Origin: Catajapyx aquilonaris
Lineage: Eukaryota
Direction of reading: 5' to 3'
Assembly (NCBI GenBank): GCA_000934665.2
Contig: KZ538099.1
Coordinates: 62,001-125,799 of the forward strand
Length of the DNA stretch: 63,799 bases
The notes beneath the pieces were generated by a model that was not told the DNA's origin, did no database searches, and saw nothing but the letters and a program-made list of their open reading frames with translations. Position 1 is the first letter of the stretch, and each line of letters opens with the position of its first letter. This document shows positions 39,201-51,200 of this stretch, piece after piece. Position numbers and translations under genes: made by a program.

Positions 39201-42200
39201 GGCACACGCGCGATGATTCTCTGCGTTGCATTTGAACTATAGGATGATTCGTTGCCTTGGAGCCCACATTACATCAGGAATGGGTAGTTTGTCTTTTTTT
39301 TGTTCCTCTTTCTTTTTTTGTTGAGTCAATGCACTCCTGGAAAGGCGCCAGTCTAGTTTTGGCTGCCTTCCATCTGTTCAATCCACAAATATGCCATCTA
39401 CAGTACGCAGCGTGCTGGGGGGTGTACTGTACTATTGGGCAAGGTGTGCACAACATTATCCAACAGGACGTGCACCGTGTCGCATGTACAGTGTGCATCA
39501 AAAACTATATACAGCTGATAGTTTCTCTACCCTCACTTTTTTAAAGGTTAGGTTAATATTTCAATATTGACTCACACTTTCTTATAAACTACAACATGCT
39601 GATTGTGTCGACTTTTACTTTGAGCTATCTTCCCTTCAGAACTTGCTTCATGTATACCCTATACGTAGACCCCCAGCCCAATTTTCTGTCCTCCCACATA
39701 CACTTATTCAAACATATTGGCTGTTCACAAATCTCTGCGCCAAATGGTCGTTCATTATTTGAGTTCATTGCATATTGAATATCATACGAAGAATTGATTA
39801 AGTCTATGAAACTGTCAGTTATAGAAGACTCTTAAAATTACACAACTATTATTTCTAGTGCGCTCTTAGTGCAATTTTGTGCCAATGGACCAAATGTGAT
39901 GTTGAGACGCCTTTAGGTCAGCTGCAGTCGCACTCTGATCAGCCGGAGCCCCGACCTCTGCCGCCTAAAAAAAGAGAGCAGCTCCCTCGAGCAGTGAGTT
40001 CCCAACATGTATGGTGCCATTGATGAAGAGGTCACGCAGATGTGTGTCGGGGTGAAAGATCCGATCAAGTGTGTGTGTTCCCCCATGTGCCCGACCGAAG
40101 GGTATGATAGGACTCGACCTTGCTGAAATAACACACACAGCAGCAACTGGGAAATGATTGAGTGAACTGACTGACGGAGAGAGAGTGCCAGGTCGTGTTT
40201 ATCAAGCCCACCTCCCGATTCTACGCTGCACTGCAAACTGCGGAAGCGCAATAAATCTACGCCGCTGCCTTACCTACTACCATCGAGGGACAACCGAATT
40301 AAAGCCCTATGCAATTCCCGGTGAATAAACGAGGGGGAAACTTGCACACGCGACCGGGTTACGTCGCACAGCTGCAAAAACGGTTTGGGGTCGATGCTTC
40401 GGAAAAATGGATGTAAATAAATAAGAGGGGGGCAATGCAGAGTCAACATTTTTGTGTTCCGGATCCGACTGTCACTGAATTTGTACACTGCATTTTAGTG
40501 ACTCACGATTTCTATGTATGGCTGGCTAATATTTGCGAGCATAGGTAGTCTAGGATGTTATTCCAAATAAATTTTTGCTCCGCAAAATGACGGATAGTGG
40601 GGGCGTTTACCCCTCAGTCTCCGCCATCTATCGGTGGCGTCATGCGCCGTCACGCCGGCCGCACCAGCGTGACGTGTTTATGGATGGCCTCTCAGGTCAA
40701 GTGACAGTTTCCGCCGGCAAAAGATTAGGGAAAGTGCAAATGCCGTCGTAACCAGGCATCCCCGCTGGCTCAGAAGACACCACCGAGGGGACATGCAATG
40801 AGCAGATAAAAAATTCGTCTCCGAAAAGTTAATCCGGGAGGGTAATGCATCACCCCTTCTTTTGTCCAGATATCCGGTTAGCGACCTTCCATCCTGGAAA
40901 AAGTAGGGTATCTCTGAAGAGTGGCTTCTTAGGTTATGTAACAAAAAGACCCTCCCCCTCGAACGGTAGTGTTATAGCCTAAGGTGATCATGAGGCACTT
41001 CTTCAGGATTTGCCATCGGTAGGAGCAGAGTACAAAAGCCCTCCTTCTGGTCTTTTATTGTGAGCCGACAAATTATGTCCCGGTGTCTGACACCCCTCCT
41101 CCTTTTTGGACGGATCTTTTTGTGGGTGGGTTTGAAGAAGGTCCTCGACCTCTTCTGCACACCTCCCACCAAGCCACCCCCCTGTTTTCAAACATACTAT
41201 CGGAGCTCGCATATCGTTCCCAAAGCAGTCGGGACAGTAAATAAACAGCGAAACGGAACCCATCTCTCCAGACCTCTATAGTCCTCCGTGAAGTAATACT
41301 GGGAGGGCTCTAAGGCCATGTTGTAATAACACCAAAGCCTATACTCCGACATCCTACAAATGCAATGCTAGGATCCTGTGGTTGCCAAGGGAATAATAGC
41401 ACTATCTGTTTCCACATTAACCTCGTGATGGCAGTGCTATCGGCGAGTTATTCAATAGGCAGATAACTATTATCGCTGCCTAAGGGCATCGTCCCCTGAA
41501 TACGTATATATATAAACACACTTTTGTGTGTGTGTATGTGCGCGGTTAGGAAAGGCGGTTTAGTCGGAATTAGAAAGTGATTCTTGTAGATCCGTGACAC
41601 GAGACAGGATTATTTTCACCCGAGTGTGTGGGTGAGGAACCGAAACCTATAGCCAGGGCGGGAAGGGGTCTATAGGCCAGCCAGGTGAAAGTGCTGGTCA
41701 CTTGGCCAGGTAGCGACAGGTCTCTAAACCTTTTTCGTTCTCACTCTCACCCACATTTTGAGGAAGGAAGACCGTTTTCCCCTCCCAGAAAAATGATTAT
41801 GCAACATCACGAGTCTCCCTCGAAAGAAGGGTTACATCCAGTATAAAGTATATGTATAGAATTTTGGGATGCTGTAAGGGTAAGGGATCGATCTGGGACA
41901 TTTGGTAGGAGGTTAATTGAGGTGCGAATGAGACTCGGTGGGTGGGTCTGAGGATTAATCACCGCGGGGGTTAATTCCGGTAATTGATGCCTGACGATTT
42001 ATAATGATAATGACTTCTAAGGGGGTCAACGGGGCCGTTACGGCTGCTACCTGGTGCTGGGTGCCCTTTTCTGGCAAATTGCGTAAGGATGTAGTACGAG
42101 GCGGTTGTTGTTTCTTACATTCATGGAATTGAAAAAAAAATCTAGGGGTTGACAACTGGAAAGGACGAGTTCGTGTATGCATGTCCACTGGCAGTATGGT

Positions 42201-45200
42201 TGCGATTAGATAAAGCTAAATATAGACGGGAGGTAAATGATATGTGTTGCAGTCTATGCTAACGGATCATTCAGTCACTGATTTAGATTTGCTGCGCAAG
42301 TGTTATACTGCAAATGCGACCAAGAAAACATGTACATGTGTTGCACGCAGTATCTGGCACTGTGGCCGCAAAAACTCAAAAAATGCCGTAATGAATCACG
42401 AACCCTGCCTGGCTTCTTGATGGACCACCACGTCCTTGAAACACCATTACGGAAAAACAATCCGTATCCACGCAAACATCCGGCATAAGCAACGAACTTT
42501 TAGAGCCCCGCCAGGAAAAAAAAAAACGTGCCCACAGCCTTGCCCTTCCCAACACTTAACACTTTGCTCCCCAACTTCTTCCCCTTTCCACATCCCAAAA
42601 AAAGAGCGCCTGTCCGCACATATTATACATAAAGCAGAAAGTCTGTACATGTCACGGCTACCTAACCCACTTTCATACTACTGATAGTACTGAAACTTGG
42701 CACACCGATGTCTTACGTGTCACTGATTGAGATGAAAGTCCGAAAACTGTAATTTTTTGAATCGAAATACCCAAAATTTAGGATTTAAAAAAATCTCTGC
42801 GGAAATATGGCGCTCTTATTTGCGCCTAAGTACAAGACAGAGCGAACACTATAGCCATATTTTGACCATAGGATATTACAAATGTTAGACCCCATCAGTC
42901 CACACTAAACTATCCTGGTCTGACTTTTCTAAGGAGCGTTTTAGCTAGTTACGCCTGACTAAAAGTCACCGTGTCTCTGAATACGAGCCTGTGCGGCCAT
43001 GTTGTGGACATTCCTTTCCCTAGTCCTCCAACTCATCTGTATGTATCCGGAGTTCCGGACTAATCCTGCCGTAGCTTGTGCAGGGATTTATTGGGCAAGG
43101 TGGCTGGATCCTTGCCAACCATCCCCAGCTCCTTCTTCTTCCAGCAAGATCTCTTGGTTCTGAGGAGGAGGTTGTTTGGCTGTAAGTGGCGCTGGGGATG
43201 CTAGCGAGACTTTGAGAGAACCAAGGGGGAACTGAGAGGGTCGATGCCCTGACTCCCCCACATCACACCGCACCCCCCCGACGCTGCTTTTCTGGAGCGA
43301 CGGTTCATCTCCAAGGGCTTGGGATAGGGATGCTGCGGGCTCACACATCTCGCGGACTGTTTGTCTCCAGAAATCCGACCCATTCAGCGCTTCCTATAAT
43401 CGATCTGGGAACCTGGGTTTTGCAGGATTGATTTTTTTTGAGGGAGTGTATACTCAAAAGTGGTGATTAACCTAGGGCATGCTATTAAATCATAGATATT
43501 AGTCCGGGGAGTGACGGGCTGCATGTGGCTACGTCTTGACAGGCGAAGGTGGCGGTTTTTACAATGCTAAAAATCTGGGAATTGCAAGTGTGAGGTCCTA
43601 AGGGTGGTGTATAGTAACAGGAAAGGCGCAGTGCAGTCGGTTGTATACTGTATGACAAGTGCGCCAGGAAGAAGTGAGACAGAATGAGGACGAATCAATT
43701 ACTGCTGGAAGGTCTCAGGGAATTGCAAAAGTCTGGCCCGGAAAATCTTCCGATGTGTTTTCTGCGATGGATTTCGGGTTCAACGTTTTTTTCTTTGGCG
43801 AAATATCACACTGAATCGAGCGTGCGGGCCAATTAGATTAATTACTTTGACACTGTACAGTCCGACAGGAGGAGAAAAAAAACGTGTCATGAAAAGGTGT
43901 GCTGTACAGTGCAGTGTGTAGAGACAAAAGCACTGCAATTAGCGGTTCATTAACATCACGCGGTGAACAGTTTCCTTGTTTACATTCTGAATACAGTCCC
44001 TTTTCCAATGTTTCATTCCTTCTGTACATATGGCCTGGTGCACTATTACAGGAATTTCAGCGCATTTTAACTGTTCCCGTGACCAACTCAGCTCGTTAGG
44101 ATGGTCTGCATGCTACCTGAGGAGGGGAAAAAAGTCGAGAGCTGGAAAACAAGCTATAGAGGCTATAGATCACTCCAGTTTTATCGGCTATAAAGCGAAT
44201 AAAGTTCCGGTAACGATATCAGATCAGTGAATGATGTCAACCGGTGGAAAAAGATACTGTGTCATTCCTCCCTTCCTCGTTGCTATATATGGTCGATTTT
44301 CCCGGAAACCACTGCGAAGATGGACAGGTGTAACTTTATCATCACCTCTGAATGTGACCGATACGAGACGTTTACACGGGGAAAAAGGCGTGCCTCGCGA
44401 CAGGAAATATAATCTATCGTCTATAACTTTCTGAAAGAATGCCGAGGCGGCCAAGACAGCCTCAGGCACATAAGGGCTGGCTCTAATACCTGTTAGTAGG
44501 TTATTGCAGCAGCTTGGAGTAGGTTAGGCTTATTTGCTCGTGACGTGATGAGCTGCATCCTCGTTCCGCCTGCAAGAAAGACAACAAAAGAAAAAGAGGT
44601 GTCGCATATCCAGTATGGACTGGTGGCATAATTGGGCTGCCTTAGGCTGTCTGGCCAGTAGTAGTAGTAGTAGTATTAGGATAGTGGAACAGAGTAGAAC
44701 AAACATTAGTTATAGGAGGCACACTTGCCGAGAGGAATGGTGTAAGGCAACTTTCTATCGATGGCCACTTGGAGCGCGACCCTTTGCTGCTAGAAAGCAG
44801 GCTTTTTGGTGTGGCGTATAAACAGGGCCGGATTAGCGGCCTAAAGTATAGAGAAGGCTTCGTGTTAAAAAATAAAATAAACTGCTGTGGCCCGATAGAT
44901 TGGGCACTCCAGCAACTAGTAACAATCATGAATGGAATAGGTTGGCAGGCTTGGAAAAAATTAAATTAAGCCTTTGTCTCCTTTCCTTCTATTGTAAAGT
45001 ACACGGACCCTGCGCATCACAATGCGAGTGACGCCATCTTAAACTAGATCAGGCGATTCGGCCAATTTCGCAATTTGTCGCAAACCTGTGCCCACACACA
45101 AAGAGTCCACTGACCCCAGGCAAAACTACTTGGACTTTGTGCGATACTGCGCAAACCTTTTTTTTTAAACATTTTGTTTTTTAATTCGTCCCAGGTTACG

Positions 45201-48200
45201 TGCTCGGTTATCTACGAGGCTGAACCGAGGCGCGTAACACTCCGCCATTTTGTCAAACTTGTTTGCTTGCCCGGGGGCCTCATCGCACAATAGGGCTCAG
45301 TTAAGTCCCCCCCTGGCAATTACAGGGCCTATTGACGGTGGGAATCATCAAGGATCCCGGCGTCCCCTTAGTCTTCGTAACATTGACCTTTACCTGCTGA
45401 CGTTTTTTTTTTGTATTCAGTAGAAAAATCTGTAACCAAGCAACGGGCAAGCTCTTGAGAGGAGTCGTCTGTAGCCGGGCATTTGCGTAAGGTCAACGTG
45501 CTCATCGCCCACTCTAGTCTAATTTGAAAGCCTGCCCCTTTTTTTCGCAATTTTTTTTTCTTCTTCTGCCTGGTTAATACGCGAATCCCTCTGCGAAATG
45601 TGAATTAGTTCTTGGTATTGGTAGGTGGGTGCTGCAGCACAGATTTACTGCATCCCAACCCAACGGGCCCTCTAAAAAAAGCTACGCGCCAGTTCATTGC
45701 TCCCAGTTTGGCGGCGATCCTCAGCTGTGCGCAATAAGGAAATCTGCCCCGTAGTCTATCAGGAGCATGTGTGTCATATGTGTGGCGACATTCTTCTTTG
45801 AAACTGACCTGCCACTGGCTACATGGTCAGACCTTAGTCATAACAAGTTGGAATATATTAAAACAGATTGAATTGTCCCAGTTTGGTTCTAGCACGCATT
45901 GCAGTGTCCGTGAACGGAGATGATACTGTGTTGTTTAGAATCGAAGGATTGCGGAAGTGTTCTGGTTCCAAATCAGCGCAGAGCCGGGTGCAAGTGCAGC
46001 AAGTGTGTCATCCACTTTACAAGAGACCAGTGGGGGGGTTTGTTCTTTGGGCATCTTTCCAAGGCCTCACGTGATCAAGCCATAACTGAATCTGTATCAT
46101 GAATTGAGCAGCCCCCAAGCAATGACCAAAAAATTGATGGGCACAAGTTATGTAATGTTCTTCCGTATAAATCGTGTGCAAACTTTCTCTCCGTTCATCC
46201 TTTGCTGGGTATACTGGTGCAAAGCGTGACCTGCATGCAGCCATTTTGTGGACGCGGTTTGGAACGCGCCTGGTCCTTCAAACTGGAATATCCTCCCAGT
46301 TTTATTCAATTAGCCGAATAAAAAAAAAGTACAGGGTTTGCTGGGAAGGAATAATGACCGAGTTGGCTTGTTCGCGAAAAAAAAACTAGTTCCTCAAATC
46401 CTCGGAGCCATTAAGGAAAAACTTTCAAGGAGAATTTCTGGCTACCAGTAAAGAGCCTGGGCCACCGAATTAATGGCGGCCAAAAGAGGTTGGCATTTAA
46501 TATATTATATAAAAAATGTTAAATTGGTAGAGCGTGGACCGTAATTCTGATTTACAGCAGATTTAGTTTGAAATATATCACGAGGAGTTGTGATTTACAT
46601 GCTTCCCACGTCCCAGCATCCAGGTCAAATCCGCGAGAGAATTTTTTCCCCGGGACACAACAGAACCGAAATAACGATTTGGCGAGAGAGGAAAAAATTT
46701 GGCACCGGCGAAAGTGATTTTTGACGTGCATCGACATAAAGTATATGCCGTGAAAGTTAATAACATGCTTCGAGATATGCGGTAGTTGTAATATGGTGGT
46801 AATATGCGAAAGTTGGCGGTTTTCTCATTCGACAGGATTATAGGAGAATCCTCCGGTTAATTCATATAGAAAAAAAAGACGGACCGCCGGATAGATGTGG
46901 GCCAAGGCTATTTGTCAAACGAATTTTTCGTTGTCCCCAAAAAATGAAAATTGCACAAGTTGTTAGCGTTATTGTTTTGCTTCCCGAATTCGTCCCCTAA
47001 AACTTGCCTACTTTTTTTTTCCTTAATCCAATCCGTCATCCTATGATGGGTAAGGCCTAATAACAGAGCAACTGAACTCGGCGAGATTACAACATGAAAA
47101 ATGTAGTCATCATGCACGGTGTTAATAACAATTTGTCACGGTCGTTCTGCTACTGCATAGGCGTGTCTTTTCGTAAAGTTGCAGCACCTTGTTTTTTTAT
47201 TTTTTTAAATTTCTTATCAGATAGTTTTTTTTGCTTAGCTGTTAGCGGGGCCTGCTTGAACATTCCAGCACGGTTATTTTGCAGGCATCTATCACTATTA
47301 AGTTACAGACTGAATGGAAAACACCGCTAACCAGTCTGGAGGTTGATTGCTCGGAGACTATACGAAACAAGAGGCCCAATCAAGGATGCAGAGTGGCCCA
47401 AAGAAGCGTGTCCATGAATAGAATCGACCTGCTTCACTGGATCGGAGGATTAATTACACCCCCAGCAATTAAGTGCCCTGATTAAAGGCGATTGCCGCGT
47501 TGGTTTCACAGTCTGGAAAAGCAATATTCAGAAATGTATTGTTTCGCTTACAACTTCATTACACAAACATGAATTTTGCGTAGTTGAATTCAGTGTGTTC
47601 AACGGAAAGATTTCAGTGCCCATCAATCAACATTTCGATAATTTTGATACTTGCCACATATTTATATTATCGTAATATAAATATTTTCATGTTTAAAGTA
47701 CAAGTTTTGGCGGAAAATACAGCTTGAAACAGCAAATTAATTGACCACACACAACACGCGGAAGAGAACCCAGCGACACCCGTCACCTGTTGTTGATCTC
47801 ATATGTGTGAGTGTGGGACACTCGCCAAGTCCAAATCCCAAGATAAACCCGGACACCTTTGTAGGGTGCGTGGGAAGGTCGTCTATGCCAAATTCCCCAT
47901 TCCATATCCTCCAGAAGGTGAAAAAAAAATTATTCAATTTTGAGCAGCATTATGGAAGGAATCCGGTTTCAAATGGAAGTGTCGACTCCCTCAATTTCCC
48001 GAAGATGGCGTGGAAAGTAATTGGTCGCGAATTTTACAATTTCCGCTCCTGGATTGATCGAATTCCTGAAATTTTTTAAAGGACGGCTCCAACTGGGGTA
48101 CAGTTAGTGATGGTTTTTGCAGACATATAAAAAAAAGAATGGGGCGTGACACAGTGGACCAAAAAGGGTAGCATAATCATCTCCCCATGATGAGCCCCAG

Positions 48201-51200
48201 GAGCATTCCATCACGTTTGAATGCCAGTCTAGTCCATTGGAATCCCTAACCGCGCCCCACTCTGATGCTGCCACAGAGAGTGGGCGACACAGGTCTACTC
48301 CAATACCTGATTGATTACCATACCCCGGTGAGATGTTTGTATTGGGACGTGATTAGCGACCGCCCAGAGACTGCCTGGATCCAAACTGACAATGACAGAC
48401 AATAATGAAATATATTGGGTCGAATATTTGTCCCACTGCTAGTTACTGCTAACTTATAGCAGTACCAGTGCTGGAAATGGTAGACTGCTCCTAAGTTAGG
48501 AGTAACTAAGGGGGGTAGGAGCTCCATCTGTGGTGGGAGTAAAATTTTCGCATACATGAATACCAAATTTAGCACGAAAAAGAACATAAATTTTGGGCAT
48601 TTAGACTAAAAAAAAGTGCGGGTTTCGGACTTTTTCTTCAGTCAGAGGCACGTAAGACATCAATGTGCCAAGTTTCAGCACTTTCAGTAGTCCGAAAGTG
48701 TGTTAGGTAGCCTGGATATGCATACATATACATACAGAGAAACTTTCTGCTTGATCATGTTACATATTAAACTTAATGGGGTGTTGCATTTTCTGTGCAC
48801 ATAACATATGGAGGAAAACACAAATATCTAGAGCGTACGTGTCCCATTCAATTCTGCCAAAACAACCTCTTAACAATACCATAATTGCAGGTTGTACATT
48901 ACAGTACGAGTGTTAAATCACCGGAATGAAACCGGTTGCAAGTTTTTTTGTGTGTGTGTGTGTGTGTGTGTCCCTCCCACATTCGCCCTGCTGCACATAT
49001 AGGTTTCGAAGCCGACTGCACCGAACTTTCACGTCATTTGGAAGCGCCGATTAGTCACGACTCATCCTTCCAGGTCGCAGGTCATACAATCCTGATGCAA
49101 CAACCGGAAACGACATGTCTAGTCGAAAATGTTCAAAACTAGGCCATATAGGTATATAGACATATGCGTGTGATCCACAGCTTCTATAGAATCCAAATTG
49201 GGGCCACGAGACATTGATCCTAGAGAGGGTTCGGGTGTGTATGTGACGTGTGCTTAGGGGTGGGGGGAGGGGGGGNGGGGGGGGTAGAAACCAGCTTATC
49301 CAAGCCGTTTCTAGGCGGAAGTAAAACCTCCCCTTAGCTACACGAAAAAGCTTCCGTTTCCAAGCCCAGGTACTTACTAACACAGTATTTTGTGCACATA
49401 CACATACGTTTTGAGAATCTAACCTCCTTACTGGCCTACCGACAAACTCGATAACGAGAAGTTGACGTCTCGGTTCGGCTTCATAAACAGCACGCTTATT
49501 GGCTAATGCAAAGTATGTCAGGGGTTCAACAACCTCTCTCTCTCTCTGACGATACAAAGCGGGGAGCGGGGGGATGGGGGATGGCGGGGGAGGGTAGAGA
49601 GTTGGAGAGTGGACTAGAGATGAGGAGGGAAGGGGGGGAGGGAGGGCGATGTCCTCGGCCTGTAGATAAAACCCGCCACCTCAACCGGTCCTCGGCGTAG
49701 ATGCCAGTGCAACCTATTTCCCACTTAGCCCCGGGTTACGTAATATTGGCGAAATATATTTTTTTGCGAGTTTTTTGGCAACTTGCATAAAATGGTGGGT
49801 GTTTACGGTTTTTCTTAGTTGTTGAGGGGGAACGAAAGTGGCGTGTGTAAACAAACGGTCAAGTGTAACTAAGATAGCAATGTAGGATATCCCAAGTTAA
49901 ATAATTAATAAAACTATAGGACATTTCAAGGGGGGAAAACTATACAGACAAGCCTTGAACTGTACAGGGTGAGTCTAAAGTCTGGGCACACAGGTAATAA
50001 TATTGTATTGTTGGTTGCCAGTATACCAATATTGTCAGCCATTTTACCTGTGTCCAGACTTTATAATCACCCTGTAGTATATGCACAGAAAAGTGTGGAC
50101 AGACACTGAATTTAATGATTTTACGTAATTACTTATTTGCGCGTTTTTAGATATGATGTTGGTGTGATTGTTTTTAAAACGTTTTTGACGTTCTTTTTGA
50201 GCGATTGAGGTTTTAAAGGGTGCAATTATTCTGGACCTGAGCCATTACTTTATTAATGCATAAAAACGAAAACAGCACATTTTTGTGAATCAGGTGTCCA
50301 AAAATTTTCGGGGCAGTTCTGGCCATTTCACATGTGACATGATTGTGTCTAAGCTCCTCGTGAATATGTGTGCATGTGTCTCCCCCCAAAAATCCCAATA
50401 TACTGTATTGTATATATATATAAAATGGTGTCGCGTTCGTAAAACCAGTTGTCTAAATGATGTCATCGACCCTCCCGTTTGTCATATTTGGTGACACACA
50501 AAAACGGGGCGTTTGCAAGCAGGCAATAAACCGACACGTTTGTTACTTTTCTGAGTGTCTATATACCAGCCACAAGAATTGCGCGTTGTTTTGCAACAAT
50601 TCATTTCTTAGCCCCAGGGTGGTTGGTTGGGTGGTGGAAACTGTGCCGATTCCTGCTGCTATCCCCCCTCCCCCTCTTCTCCTCCCTTCCCTACCAAGTC
50701 GGGCAGGAAAAATCACGACCAGAAAAATACACCACGTAAGTAGGTGTAGGGCAACACGGTTGTGGCAGTGTGTTACACAACCAGGACGATTCCCAGAGAT
50801 GCAGGTTAAATTTCGGGGTCAATCCTTGGGAACCGGATGCTCCCAGGAAGCTCTCTTTTTATGCGAAAAATTTGCTTCAATGCTAATAGCACTCGTTTAT
50901 TAAAATTTACTAATAGTCATTTCTGATTAATTTTGGCTAATAGTGGTTGATAATTGAGGTTGCTGTGTGTGATTAATTCAGTTGCTTATTAATTTTGCTA
51001 ATAGTACTTGCTAATAGTTGCTTATTAATTTTGCTAGTAGCTGCTTATTTGGGTAGAATTTTCATCCCACTGCTAGTTACTGCTAACTTAGCAGTGCAAA
51101 TACTAACTTTAAGTTAGCAGTAACTAGCAGTGGGACGAAAATTCCACCTTATGTTATTAATAGTGGTTGCTTATTGTAAGAGTAAAATGATTTTTTTTTC

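Noticed and set aside
26121..49445. Seed-like matches to conserved miRNAs (bantam-like ~26121, miR-137-like ~26431, miR-193-like ~49429)
   Set aside because: The matches stop after about 10-11 nt and no proper precursor hairpin is evident.
45196..49497. Weak inverted similarity between ~45199-45238 and ~49461-49494 (gaaccgag core)
   Set aside because: Too short and gapped to distinguish from chance without an alignment.
50700..50741. Donor-like cac|gtaagt as a third ABCG first exon
   Set aside because: I saw no nearby ATG in the phase-2 frame. It could only be a non-coding exon, and nothing else supports it.
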